64,000 nt of DNA from an uncultured Candidatus Saccharibacteria bacterium. Lineage in GTDB: Bacteria; Patescibacteriota; Saccharimonadia; Saccharimonadales; 2-12-FULL-41-12. The notes under the pieces are model-generated. The model did not search any database and was not told where the DNA came from. It saw nothing but the letters and a program-made list of their open reading frames with translations. Made by a program: the position numbers and the translations under genes. The stretch is taken from the NCBI GenBank assembly GCA_964573095.1, contig CAZNIK010000002.1, forward strand, positions 199,230 through 263,229. The letters are read 5' to 3'. This document shows positions 36,987-43,859 of the stretch, in pieces (position 1 is the first letter of the stretch; the number at the start of each line of letters is the position of its first letter).

Positions 36987-37592
36987 CTAGTGCATACTGT
37001 TAATCACGAAATTATTCCCACTGTCTTCGCCCATTATTATTACCGAGCGAAGGTGTCTATCGTCATTTCGGATCGACACAATATCTGCAAAAACATTCAC
37101 TGCGGCAATTTCTTGGTCAATTTTTTGCAGCGGGCCGAGTCGCGCAATCGTTCGACCCCAATATTCCATTGCAAAACCATTTGCGGGGTAGATGACATCG
37201 ACTTTCTTACTTTCAACTTGATCATTGGTGATTTCTAATGCAGCTGCAAACTCACCCAGGGCGAGCTCCAACCCGTCCTTGTCAAACTCATTTGCAACAA
37301 TCCGCTCGAGTGGGGCTTTGGTTGTGTTTTTGCCAAACAAATCTGTGGTCTGCTGTGAAGGCAGATCGACAACTTGTGCGCCACGTAGCTTTCGGCGAAC
37401 TATGAATGGCTCAACCCAACTAGAACTTATACCGAAATTCAGAGCGCAGTATCCAACCAAATCGGTACCCGACTTAAAACTGGCGTTTGGACTATCGCTA
37501 AGTTCTTGTAGTTTAACTCTCACGTCTTCTCGCATAGAATCCAAAACCGGTGTTTGTTCAAAAGCATTACCTATTTTGTGCGATCCGCTCAT
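36987..37592 (-). CDS. hypothetical protein (201 aa)
   Basis: ORF in an operon-like arrangement between the lipoprotein and ABC genes. No motif recognised. Confidence 0.5.
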   Translation of the reverse strand: MSGSHKIGNAFEQTPVLDSMREDVRVKLQELSDSPNASFKSGTDLVGYCALNFGISSSWVEPFIVRRKLRGAQVVDLPSQQTTDLFGKNTTKAPLERIVANEFDKDGLELALGEFAAALEITNDQVESKKVDVIYPANGFAMEYWGRTIARLGPLQKIDQEIAAVNVFADIVSIRNDDRHLRSVIIMGEDSGNNFVINSMH

Positions 37593-37603
37593 TTGGGTCG
37601 CCG

Positions 37604-38014
37604 CTAGTTTGTTGGCCCAGGATATCTAGAGGTAAATGTAACTACAGGGAACTCCTCTTGAAGCGCCCCGCGGCAGGTTACTTTTGCCATACCACTTTTC
37701 AGCACTCGAACTTCCTTTGTGATGACGGTGTCGAGCCCCGCAGAGTTTTCTATAACTTCTCTCGACGCCCCGCAGTCAGTGTATGGCACGTCCTCGACAT
37801 GCATCAAAAAACTTTTGCCAGCTTGCTCTGAGGACCGATTTTCATCCTGGTGTATTCCTAGATATCGCGCATTATCTGGAACGCGAATTGGTTTTTCGTA
37901 CGCTATTTCAAAGTCGCTACACCCAGCCGACGCACCGCCTAGAGCAATAACCGACAAGCCAATTGCCGCGACTCTAGATGCACTAAATGTGGTTCTTACG
38001 CTCTCAAACTTCAT
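37604..38014 (-). CDS. hypothetical lipoprotein
   Basis: Signal peptide with lipobox: VIALGGASAGC-SD. Confidence 0.6.
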   Translation of the reverse strand: MKFESVRTTFSASRVAAIGLSVIALGGASAGCSDFEIAYEKPIRVPDNARYLGIHQDENRSSEQAGKSFLMHVEDVPYTDCGASREVIENSAGLDTVITKEVRVLKSGMAKVTCRGALQEEFPVVTFTSRYPGPTN

Positions 38015-38071
38015 ATCGTTTCCTAAACTAATTATCTAACCAACAGATTCAATACACAAGCATGGGCAAGG

Positions 38072-38095
38072 AAAAAAGACCTCCGAAGAGGTTTT
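38072..38095 (-). terminator. intrinsic terminator (minus-strand reading ACCTC-TTCG-GAGGT followed by CTTTTTTCC)
   Basis: Stem 38076-38083 / 38088-38095. On the minus strand it is followed by T6. Confidence 0.6.
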
Positions 38096-38096
38096 G

Positions 38097-38136
38097 AATT
38101 CTCACTTGGTAGTGGGCGTGGTCTCGCAGTGGAACC
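38097..38136 (-). repeat. diverged copy of the 3' end of the tRNA-fMet gene plus its flank (att-like scar)
   Basis: aattctcacttggtagtgggcgtggtctcgcagtggaacc compared with aatt-tcacttggtagcgggggcaggactcg------aacc at 42306-42339. Same orientation. Confidence 0.5.
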
Positions 38137-38221
38137 TAATCTGCGAGGAATTAGTTAGGTGGCGATCAATTATGAAGGTGGCTAAAAGATACCCGTTCCT
38201 CTAGTGCGTAACAGCGGAACT

Positions 38222-38845
38222 CTATATACGTTGGTACCGGCGGCGAAACGCTTGATATTCAGGATAAAGCCTATCTCTTAAATTATTCCACTGGACGCCC
38301 TTAAAGGTATCTGGCAAAGCATAGCCTAATCGAGACGCCCGAATGGAAAGGGCCGCGTGGCTCAAAGTGGTGCCTGTTTCATGCTTCAGCCTAACGATAT
38401 GCTCTGAAGTACATTGACCTTTTTCAATTGAACGTTCTGCCATGTGGTCTGCAAACAAGCCCGTTGGATATATTAGTTCGCTCGCAAAAACATCAGCCGC
38501 TCTCTCCATTACCACATGCTCATTATTGTCGCTGCACAGGGAAACTTCATGAATATCATCCATCAAGTGGTGCTTTAGCTCGTGGCCCAGAGTAAAGACC
38601 TTTGGGTCAATTTGTGTCATTAGCTTTTTGTTTACCATAACCGTACAGCCAGCAGAGTCATTAAAATAAGCACCCCTAATTCGTGTGCTTTTGAAGCCGT
38701 CGTAATAATCTACGCGGTCAATGCCTTCGGCCCGGAATATTTTTTTGAGGTCGTTCACCATCACGCGGGGTGTAGTTAGGCTGTATTGCGCCCTAACTTC
38801 TCGCGCACGAGCTCTTGCTGCTTGGTATTGCTCTTTTGGTGTCAC
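38222..38845 (-). CDS. ImmA/IrrE-family zinc metallopeptidase (COG2856)
   Basis: HEXXH motif in FTLGHELKHHLMDD, followed by ERAADVFASELIYP. Located 15 nt downstream of the XRE gene. Confidence 0.8.
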   Translation of the reverse strand: MTPKEQYQAARARAREVRAQYSLTTPRVMVNDLKKIFRAEGIDRVDYYDGFKSTRIRGAYFNDSAGCTVMVNKKLMTQIDPKVFTLGHELKHHLMDDIHEVSLCSDNNEHVVMERAADVFASELIYPTGLFADHMAERSIEKGQCTSEHIVRLKHETGTTLSHAALSIRASRLGYALPDTFKGVQWNNLRDRLYPEYQAFRRRYQRI

Positions 38846-38860
38846 GATAGATCATTCCTG

Positions 38861-39220
38861 CTACTGTCTTACTCTTTTTGTAGCCTTCACGTTTTTATAA
38901 TGATGTCTCGCTTGTCGAAACTCTGCATAACGCTGCAGCTCCGCAAGGTCGTCGCCCTTTAAGTTGCCCGCTGCTCTTAGCAAGGCCTGGAGTTCCGGCT
39001 TAGTCGCTGGGTCTTCACCAGGGAAGAAAGCCAATACAGAAACTTTAAAATAGCGAGCAATTTTTTCGAGGTCTTCGAGGTCGGGCTTATATGTTCCAGT
39101 TTCCCATCTTGAAACAGTATTAGTCGCCACCTTTAGCTCTGTGGCCAAGCCATCTTGAGTCAGCTTGGCGTTGGTGCGTAGCTCTTTGATTTTGTTGGCC
39201 ACGTGTTCAAGAATGTTCAT
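38861..39220 (-). CDS. XRE-family helix-turn-helix transcriptional regulator
   Basis: Contains IKELRTNAKLTQDGLATELKVATNTVSRWETGTYKPDLEDLEKIARYFKVSV. Confidence 0.85.
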   Translation of the reverse strand: MNILEHVANKIKELRTNAKLTQDGLATELKVATNTVSRWETGTYKPDLEDLEKIARYFKVSVLAFFPGEDPATKPELQALLRAAGNLKGDDLAELQRYAEFRQARHHYKNVKATKRVRQ

Positions 39221-39244
39221 AGTTTACCCCTGTCAATATACTTA

Positions 39245-39272
39245 AACAGTAAAATTACAACACATTACTGTT
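39245..39272. promoter_or_regulatory. operator candidate: perfect 8-bp inverted repeat AACAGTAA-N12-TTACTGTT overlapping a -35-like TTGACG
   Basis: The repeat arms are at 39245-39252 and 39265-39272. TTGACG at 39271-39276 is followed 18 nt later by TATACT at 39295-39300, facing the plus-strand genes. Confidence 0.55.
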
Positions 39273-39342
39273 GACGTATTGTTCCTTTCCTATTTATACT
39301 TATTGCGTAAGTTAATTGTATAAAAAAGGAAACGATAAAGCA

Positions 39343-39621
39343 ATGAGCGTCTTACTTATCAGCTACGACCTAGGTTCTTCTGAAACTTCGAACGACTACC
39401 AAGATTTGATTAAAAAAATAAAATCCTACGGCGGCTATGCCAAGCCCGAGTACTCACTTTGGCTCATTACGACAGACAAGCTGACGTCTACCGTGCGTGA
39501 CGAACTAAAGCAATACATGGATAAAAACGACAAGCTTTTAGTCATGCGAGTCACCGGCGACGGCTGGGCGAGCTTCAACCTGTCGGATAGCGTTGTTGAG
39601 TGGATGAAAGATAATATTTAA
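39343..39621 (+). CDS. small acidic hypothetical protein (92 aa), beta-alpha-beta pattern reminiscent of the Cas2/VapD ferredoxin fold
   Basis: The protein is MSVLLISYDLGSS..DYQDLIKKIKSYGGYAKPEYSLWLITTD...VRDELKQYMDKNDKLLVMRVTGD. I prefer the ATG at 39343 over the TTG at 39316. Confidence 0.5.
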   Translation: MSVLLISYDLGSSETSNDYQDLIKKIKSYGGYAKPEYSLWLITTDKLTSTVRDELKQYMDKNDKLLVMRVTGDGWASFNLSDSVVEWMKDNI

Positions 39622-39635
39622 AGGAGTGTCGGGAT

Positions 39636-39848
39636 ATGAGTTACTACTACATCAATAAGAATGCCCAAGAAAACGGCGAACACGAAGTTCATACGACCGG
39701 CTGTACGCACCCGCCAGAAGAATCAAACAGAATCGGTTTAGGTAATTTTGACTACTGTTGGCAGGCCGTCGCTTTAGCAAAGCAAAAGTGGCCGCAGCTA
39801 TCAATCAATGGTTGCTACTACTGTGCCAGTGCTTGTCATACGGGTTGA
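39636..39848 (+). CDS. small Cys/His-rich hypothetical protein (70 aa)
   Basis: Contains YYINKNAQENGEHEVHTTGC...C...NGCYYCASACH. I believe similar small proteins are widespread, but I cannot name the family. Confidence 0.5.
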   Translation: MSYYYINKNAQENGEHEVHTTGCTHPPEESNRIGLGNFDYCWQAVALAKQKWPQLSINGCYYCASACHTG

Positions 39849-39932
39849 GCGCATTAAATCGTACTAGATAAGGTGTAATGAGGGTGCTATTAGATTATAA
39901 TTACTAGTACAACTGGAGGGTTCTGAGGGTAT

Positions 39933-40973
39933 ATGGTTAAAAAGCTGAGGAAGAAACACCTAACATCTATAGAAGTCTGTGCTGGCGCAGGTGGTCAGGC
40001 GCTTGGCCTAGAGATGGCTGGTTTTAAGCATGTCGCACTTATTGAGAATGATGCCCGGTGTTGTGAAACGCTGCGTCTTAATCGACCTCATTGGAATGTG
40101 CTCGAAGAAGACCTAAATGAATTTGAAGGAAGCCCTTACGAAGGCGTGGATCTTGTGGCTGGTGGTGTTCCGTGTCCACCGTTTTCTCATGCTGGTAAAC
40201 AGCTAGGGCACCTAGATGACCGAGACCTGTTTCCTGCTGCTCTTAAATTAGTTGAACAGACCAAACCAAAGGCAGTATTACTAGAGAATGTTCGTGGGTT
40301 GCTTGACCCGAAGTTTGCCGCCTATCGTCAGCAGATTTTAGACAGACTTAAAGAACTTGGCTACGATGGAGAGTGGAAGCTGATACAGGCAGCCAGTCAT
40401 GGAGTACCCCAATTGCGACCTCGTGCAATTCTTGTGGCGCTAAGACCAGAATATTTTGAATACTTTGAGTGGCCAGAACCCACTACGGAAGAGCATATGA
40501 CTGTTGGGGAAGCGTTGCATGGTGAGATGTCTAGCTTAGGATGGAGGCTGGCTGATGAATGGAAGAAACTTGCCAATAAAGTTGCTCCTACTTTGGTAGG
40601 TGGCTCTAAAAAACATGGTGGCGCTGACCTAGGCCCTACTAGGGCAAAAGCGGCCTGGGAAAAGCTGGGAGTTGACGGCAAGGGCGTAGCGGATAGTCCA
40701 CCGCATGCTGATTTTGAGGGACTGCCTCGTTTAACCGTTCAGATGTCAGCCATACTTCAAGGATTCCCTAAAGAGTGGAAAATTGCTGGTAAAAAAACTA
40801 GTGCATACAAGCAGGTTGGCAACGCCTTTCCACCACCAGTTGCAGCAGCAATAGGCCAAGCCATACAGTTTGCTATTGTCATGGTTCCTCAACACGCTAC
40901 TGCAGCAACTTCAGACGACGAAGACGCTAGTCAGATTCCTTCGTTTGCTTCTTCTGAAGTTCCCGCTGTCTAA
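39933..40973 (+). CDS. DNA (cytosine-5)-methyltransferase
   Basis: Motif I EVCAGAGGQALGL, motif IV GGVPCPPFSHAG, motif VI LLENVRGL, motif VIII QLRPRAILV, motif X QVGNAFPPPVA. Confidence 0.9.
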   Translation: MVKKLRKKHLTSIEVCAGAGGQALGLEMAGFKHVALIENDARCCETLRLNRPHWNVLEEDLNEFEGSPYEGVDLVAGGVPCPPFSHAGKQLGHLDDRDLFPAALKLVEQTKPKAVLLENVRGLLDPKFAAYRQQILDRLKELGYDGEWKLIQAASHGVPQLRPRAILVALRPEYFEYFEWPEPTTEEHMTVGEALHGEMSSLGWRLADEWKKLANKVAPTLVGGSKKHGGADLGPTRAKAAWEKLGVDGKGVADSPPHADFEGLPRLTVQMSAILQGFPKEWKIAGKKTSAYKQVGNAFPPPVAAAIGQAIQFAIVMVPQHATAATSDDEDASQIPSFASSEVPAV

Positions 40974-41730
40974 TAGCAGCACGAACACTGCCCTCTGGCC
41001 ATGGTTCAAAGTGCACAAGTGTAAAAGCAGACTTTACTTTATTACCTTCGCGTTTCTTTGAGACTGAATAATCCCAACCTAATTCCCGCAATTCCCTCAT
41101 ACGTTTTTGCCAGTCATCTTGGTATTGCTTGGCCTTTGCGACAATATCTATCAAGTCTGATGGTACAGGTTTTCCATCAAAGGCCTTTAATAACTCGCCG
41201 ATGCGCTTATGGACTTCATCATAATTTGCAGAAGCTTTAATTTTATCTGCGAACTCGTCATATGTGGCGTATAAGTTTTTCTTACCCTCGTTACATTCCG
41301 AACAAAGCGCTTGAAGATTACCCCTGTCATTAGTACCACCCCATTCTTGAGGCATCTTATGGTCGACATGCAGCTTAACTCCGTCTTCTGTTGGTGTTCT
41401 GCCACATTGCGCACAACGTTGGTCTCTCAGTGCCCAAGCCCTATCACTGCCACTTATACTACTGGTATTGAGAGCTACTTCACGTTTTTGCTTGAGGGTG
41501 TAGAGATTCTTATTATCACAATGGATTACGAACAACTTTCTTAGGTCTCGCAAGCGACGGCCCAGCTGTTCTTGCTCGCCTACCGCAAGTCCCATAGCTT
41601 CGCGAATCTGAGCAATAGATAGGGGGTTATCTTGATTCTCATAGAGAATACGATAAATTGCGCGGCCTTTAGTATGGGTTACCAGTTTGTCCAGTTCTTC
41701 GGATCCTGGAGCTGGTAATTCAGTATTCAC
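40927..41730 (-). CDS. HNH endonuclease with an N-terminal winged-helix-like domain (candidate cognate restriction enzyme)
   Basis: Contains CAQCGRTP...LHVDHKMPQEWGGTNDRGNLQALCSECNEGKKN (CX2C...HNH...CX2C). Convergent with the MTase gene and overlapping its 3' end by 47 nt. GTG start. Confidence 0.75.
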   Translation of the reverse strand: MNTELPAPGSEELDKLVTHTKGRAIYRILYENQDNPLSIAQIREAMGLAVGEQEQLGRRLRDLRKLFVIHCDNKNLYTLKQKREVALNTSSISGSDRAWALRDQRCAQCGRTPTEDGVKLHVDHKMPQEWGGTNDRGNLQALCSECNEGKKNLYATYDEFADKIKASANYDEVHKRIGELLKAFDGKPVPSDLIDIVAKAKQYQDDWQKRMRELRELGWDYSVSKKREGNKVKSAFTLVHFEPWPEGSVRAAIRQRELQKKQTKESD

Positions 41731-42083
41731 AAAGCTTAGTATGCCAGATGTACACCCTTGATACCAGAGAGTCCCTCTATGGGCTTTCGGCTCAAAGACA
41801 TAGGATTAATCTTTATATTATTGCTGGCAATGAGGCGATAGAGACCACTCTAGGTGCACAACGCCCAAGCTTGAAAGACGTATCAGTTTTAGTGTAATTT
41901 TTGATTAAATCAAGATATCGGTATTAGCACCGCGAAAATGCTTGCGGGGCAGGGGCAAAGCACATCTACAGTTGTGCTCGGAGCGAGCTCCTGTGCGCAA
42001 CTTCGATGACCGTACCAGCGACTACGATATTTTCCGTGAGGAAAATATCAGTCTCAGAACCGAGTCAAACACAGTACCAAAAT

Positions 42084-42106
42084 AAAAACCCCATCTTTCG
42101 ATGAGG
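42084..42106 (-). terminator. strand-specific intrinsic terminator (minus strand: CCTCATC-GAAA-GATGGGG followed by TTTTTATTTT)
   Basis: The stem is perfect with one G-U pair on the minus strand only; the plus strand would have a C-A mismatch. It lies 10 nt after the tRNA-end copy. Confidence 0.6.
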
Positions 42107-42116
42107 TTCATAATTT

Positions 42117-42137
42117 TGGTAGCGGGGGCAGGACTCG
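42117..42137 (-). repeat. exact 21-nt copy of the 3' end of the tRNA-fMet gene
   Basis: tggtagcgggggcaggactcg is identical to 42315-42335. After an indel the similarity resumes at gcgacc. Confidence 0.85.
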
Positions 42138-42273
42138 GTCACGTTCCGCGACCCCGAAACTTCACGATTGAAAACCAGTTTCCATCGGAAGATTTCCTTG
42201 CGGACTGCCACAGGCAATCCTCACCTCCGACCCTTAGCGTCGCAACTCGAATCTTGACCATGGTACAGAGTGA

Positions 42274-42302
42274 AATCAAAAACCACCTACTTCTAGGTGG
42301 TT
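42274..42302 (-). terminator. intrinsic terminator of the tRNA-fMet gene
   Basis: Minus strand reads AACCACCTA-GAAG-TAGGTGGTT followed by TTTGATTT. It lies 12 nt after the tRNA 3' end. Confidence 0.7.
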
Positions 42303-42314
42303 CCAAATTTCACT

Positions 42315-42389
42315 TGGTAGCGGGGGCAGGACTCGAACCTGCGACCTTGTGGTTATGAGCCACACGAGCTGCCACTGCTCTACCCCGCG
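42315..42389 (-). tRNA. initiator tRNA-fMet (CAU)
   Basis: Sequence CGCGGGGTAGAGCAGTGGCAGCTCGTGTGGCTCATAACCACAAGGTCGCAGGTTCGAGTCCTGCCCCCGCTACCA. Positions 1:72 are unpaired (C-U) and A11:U24 is present. It resembles E. coli tRNA-fMet closely. Only two of the usual three G-C pairs are found at the base of the anticodon stem. Confidence 0.85.
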
Positions 42390-42588
42390 TCGTCAGACCT
42401 AGTAGTTAGCTAGCGACGGCGACCACAAAACAAGTTTGTTGGTCCTCGTCGACGAGCTTAGTACTGCTCCTCCTCTCAAAACTTCAAACAGGCAAGCCTT
42501 GGTTTAAAGTTTTGTTTTATGAACCCAACTGTGGGATCAGTAGAGTATTGTACTAAACAGAGGTAGTTTTGTCAATGAAGGTTGTTAT

Positions 42589-43131
42589 CTAAATAGTTTG
42601 TTTGGCATAAGATCTTATCGCTTTTTGTCTTCGTTTCGCTATAGGTTGTCCAACCCCACCAAATTTTCTGCTAAAATCTCGCCACATAGTTCGTCCCATA
42701 GCGTTTCGAGTGTGTTTGTCAGTCATGTTGGCACCTTGTAGGGCAACCAACCCCGTAGCTTTCCAGAAATCATTTTTCGCTTGCAGCTGATACTCACTGC
42801 GGTTTCTATCCGCACCTTCTATGACGCGAGGAGTATTTCTTGCGTATCTTCCCCATATATCTGATCTATGTGGAGGCACTTCTGCAGCATCAACAAATCC
42901 TACTCTTTGGTTTGCTTTGCCGATGGCTTGAAGTGAGCTTATTAATAGCTTAGCTCTCTCATGTAGGTCTACGTAGGATCCCGGTTTTCCATAAATTGTT
43001 GGAATGGCGTGGTTAGGTTGTTCAGCCGGAGTTGGCTGCGAAGACTTTTGCCATGTTTCATAATCTTTCTCGTTGGACAGAACTGGATCAAAGAGTAGAG
43101 CTTGCTCTGGGTTAGAAGTGGGTCGTGACAT
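42589..43131 (-). CDS. hypothetical protein (180 aa)
   Basis: The ORF starts MSRPTSNPEQ. The longer track ORF would read through the upstream gene's terminator and 3' end. Confidence 0.5.
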   Translation of the reverse strand: MSRPTSNPEQALLFDPVLSNEKDYETWQKSSQPTPAEQPNHAIPTIYGKPGSYVDLHERAKLLISSLQAIGKANQRVGFVDAAEVPPHRSDIWGRYARNTPRVIEGADRNRSEYQLQAKNDFWKATGLVALQGANMTDKHTRNAMGRTMWRDFSRKFGGVGQPIAKRRQKAIRSYAKQTI

Positions 43132-43165
43132 AGTGATATTATAGCATAAGAAGTAAATATTGTAA

Positions 43166-43197
43166 ATAAAAAAGAGGCTCGCAATGGAACCTCTTTT
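43166..43197 (-). terminator. intrinsic terminator of the RRM-protein gene
   Basis: Minus strand reads AAAAGAGG-12 nt loop-CCTCTTTTTT. Confidence 0.6.
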
Positions 43198-43213
43198 AGT
43201 GGATAGTAAAAAA

Positions 43214-43516
43214 CTACCAGCTTCGGTTGCCACCGCCACCGCCACCGAAATCTCGACGTGGTTCGCGGGGTTGCATTGGACGGGCTTCATTTACATTGAT
43301 GGAGCGACCACCAACATCAGATCCGTTCATTGCTGCTTCTGCTGCTTTGCCTTCTGCATCGTTCTCGAACTCTACAAAACCAAAGCCTTTGCTACGGCCA
43401 GTTTCGCGGTCAGTAATAACCTTTGCGCTGACAACTTTGCCGTGAGCACCAAAGAGCTCGCTGAGCTCTTCATCAGTGGTCGAAAATGGTAGACCACCTA
43501 CGTATAGCTTATACAT
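43214..43516 (-). CDS. RNA-recognition-motif (RRM) RNA-binding protein with a Gly-rich tail
   Basis: Contains MYKLYVGGLPFSTT (RNP2) and KGFGFVEF (RNP1), with a C-terminal FGGGGGGNRSW. The start is at the internal ATG at 43516. Confidence 0.85.
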   Translation of the reverse strand: MYKLYVGGLPFSTTDEELSELFGAHGKVVSAKVITDRETGRSKGFGFVEFENDAEGKAAEAAMNGSDVGGRSINVNEARPMQPREPRRDFGGGGGGNRSW

Positions 43517-43782
43517 GTTACGTTGTTTCCTTATATCTTTTAAAGCAATCGACCGAACTTCTTTAGCTTGACCTACTATCACCGTTGTCCGATCGCCTAG
43601 TAACATACAAGGAAACGTGGAGCACTGTGGATGAGCTGACCAAGAACAATTAAGCTCTTGCAAAGGGAAGTAAACCATATATACTAGATATTAGTCAAAG
43701 AAAAACAAACATTTACAAGCTGATCATGTGAATTGCAAGCTGCCGAGTGGGCGGCGCAACTTGATGTGGTTAGTGAATGAAG

Positions 43783-43810
43783 TTGACAAAATAACAATTT
43801 CATGTATAAT
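43783..43810 (+). promoter_or_regulatory. consensus sigma70-type promoter TTGACA-16 nt-TATAAT
   Basis: TTGACA at 43783-43788 and TATAAT at 43805-43810. Confidence 0.65.
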
Positions 43811-43859
43811 ATTGTTTGTTAGTCGACTAAAACAAAAACTAAAAGTAAGGAGCAAACAA

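Larger units (their letters stand above)
38107..42314. mobile_element. putative decayed integrative islet at the tRNA-fMet 3' end (ImmA/XRE, two small ORFs, m5C MTase, HNH nuclease); no integrase present
   Basis: Bounded by same-orientation copies of the tRNA 3' end (38107-38136, 42117-42137, and the intact tRNA from 42315). Its content is exclusively accessory-type genes. Confidence 0.4.

Noticed and set aside
38107-38190. Possibility of a fourth, intact tRNA gene at the distal repeat
   Set aside because: The minus-strand sequence cannot be folded into a cloverleaf. There is no GTTCRANYC T-loop and no 5' acceptor strand complementary to GCCCACT.
42107-42273. Possibility that the region downstream of tRNA-fMet is a tmRNA or SRP RNA
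   Set aside because: The tail lacks a T-arm (no GCAGG partner for CCTGC). No GGGG...UUCGACG tmRNA 5' end pairs with it. The GTCCGCAAGGAAA stretch only loosely resembles the SRP domain IV motif. The unit is also too short for tmRNA.
42101-42358. Track ORF of 85 aa (plus strand) spanning the tRNA-end copy and part of the tRNA-fMet gene
   Set aside because: It is antisense to a tRNA gene and two terminators, and its duplicated VAGAGL peptides simply translate the repeated tRNA 3' end. It is not a credible CDS.
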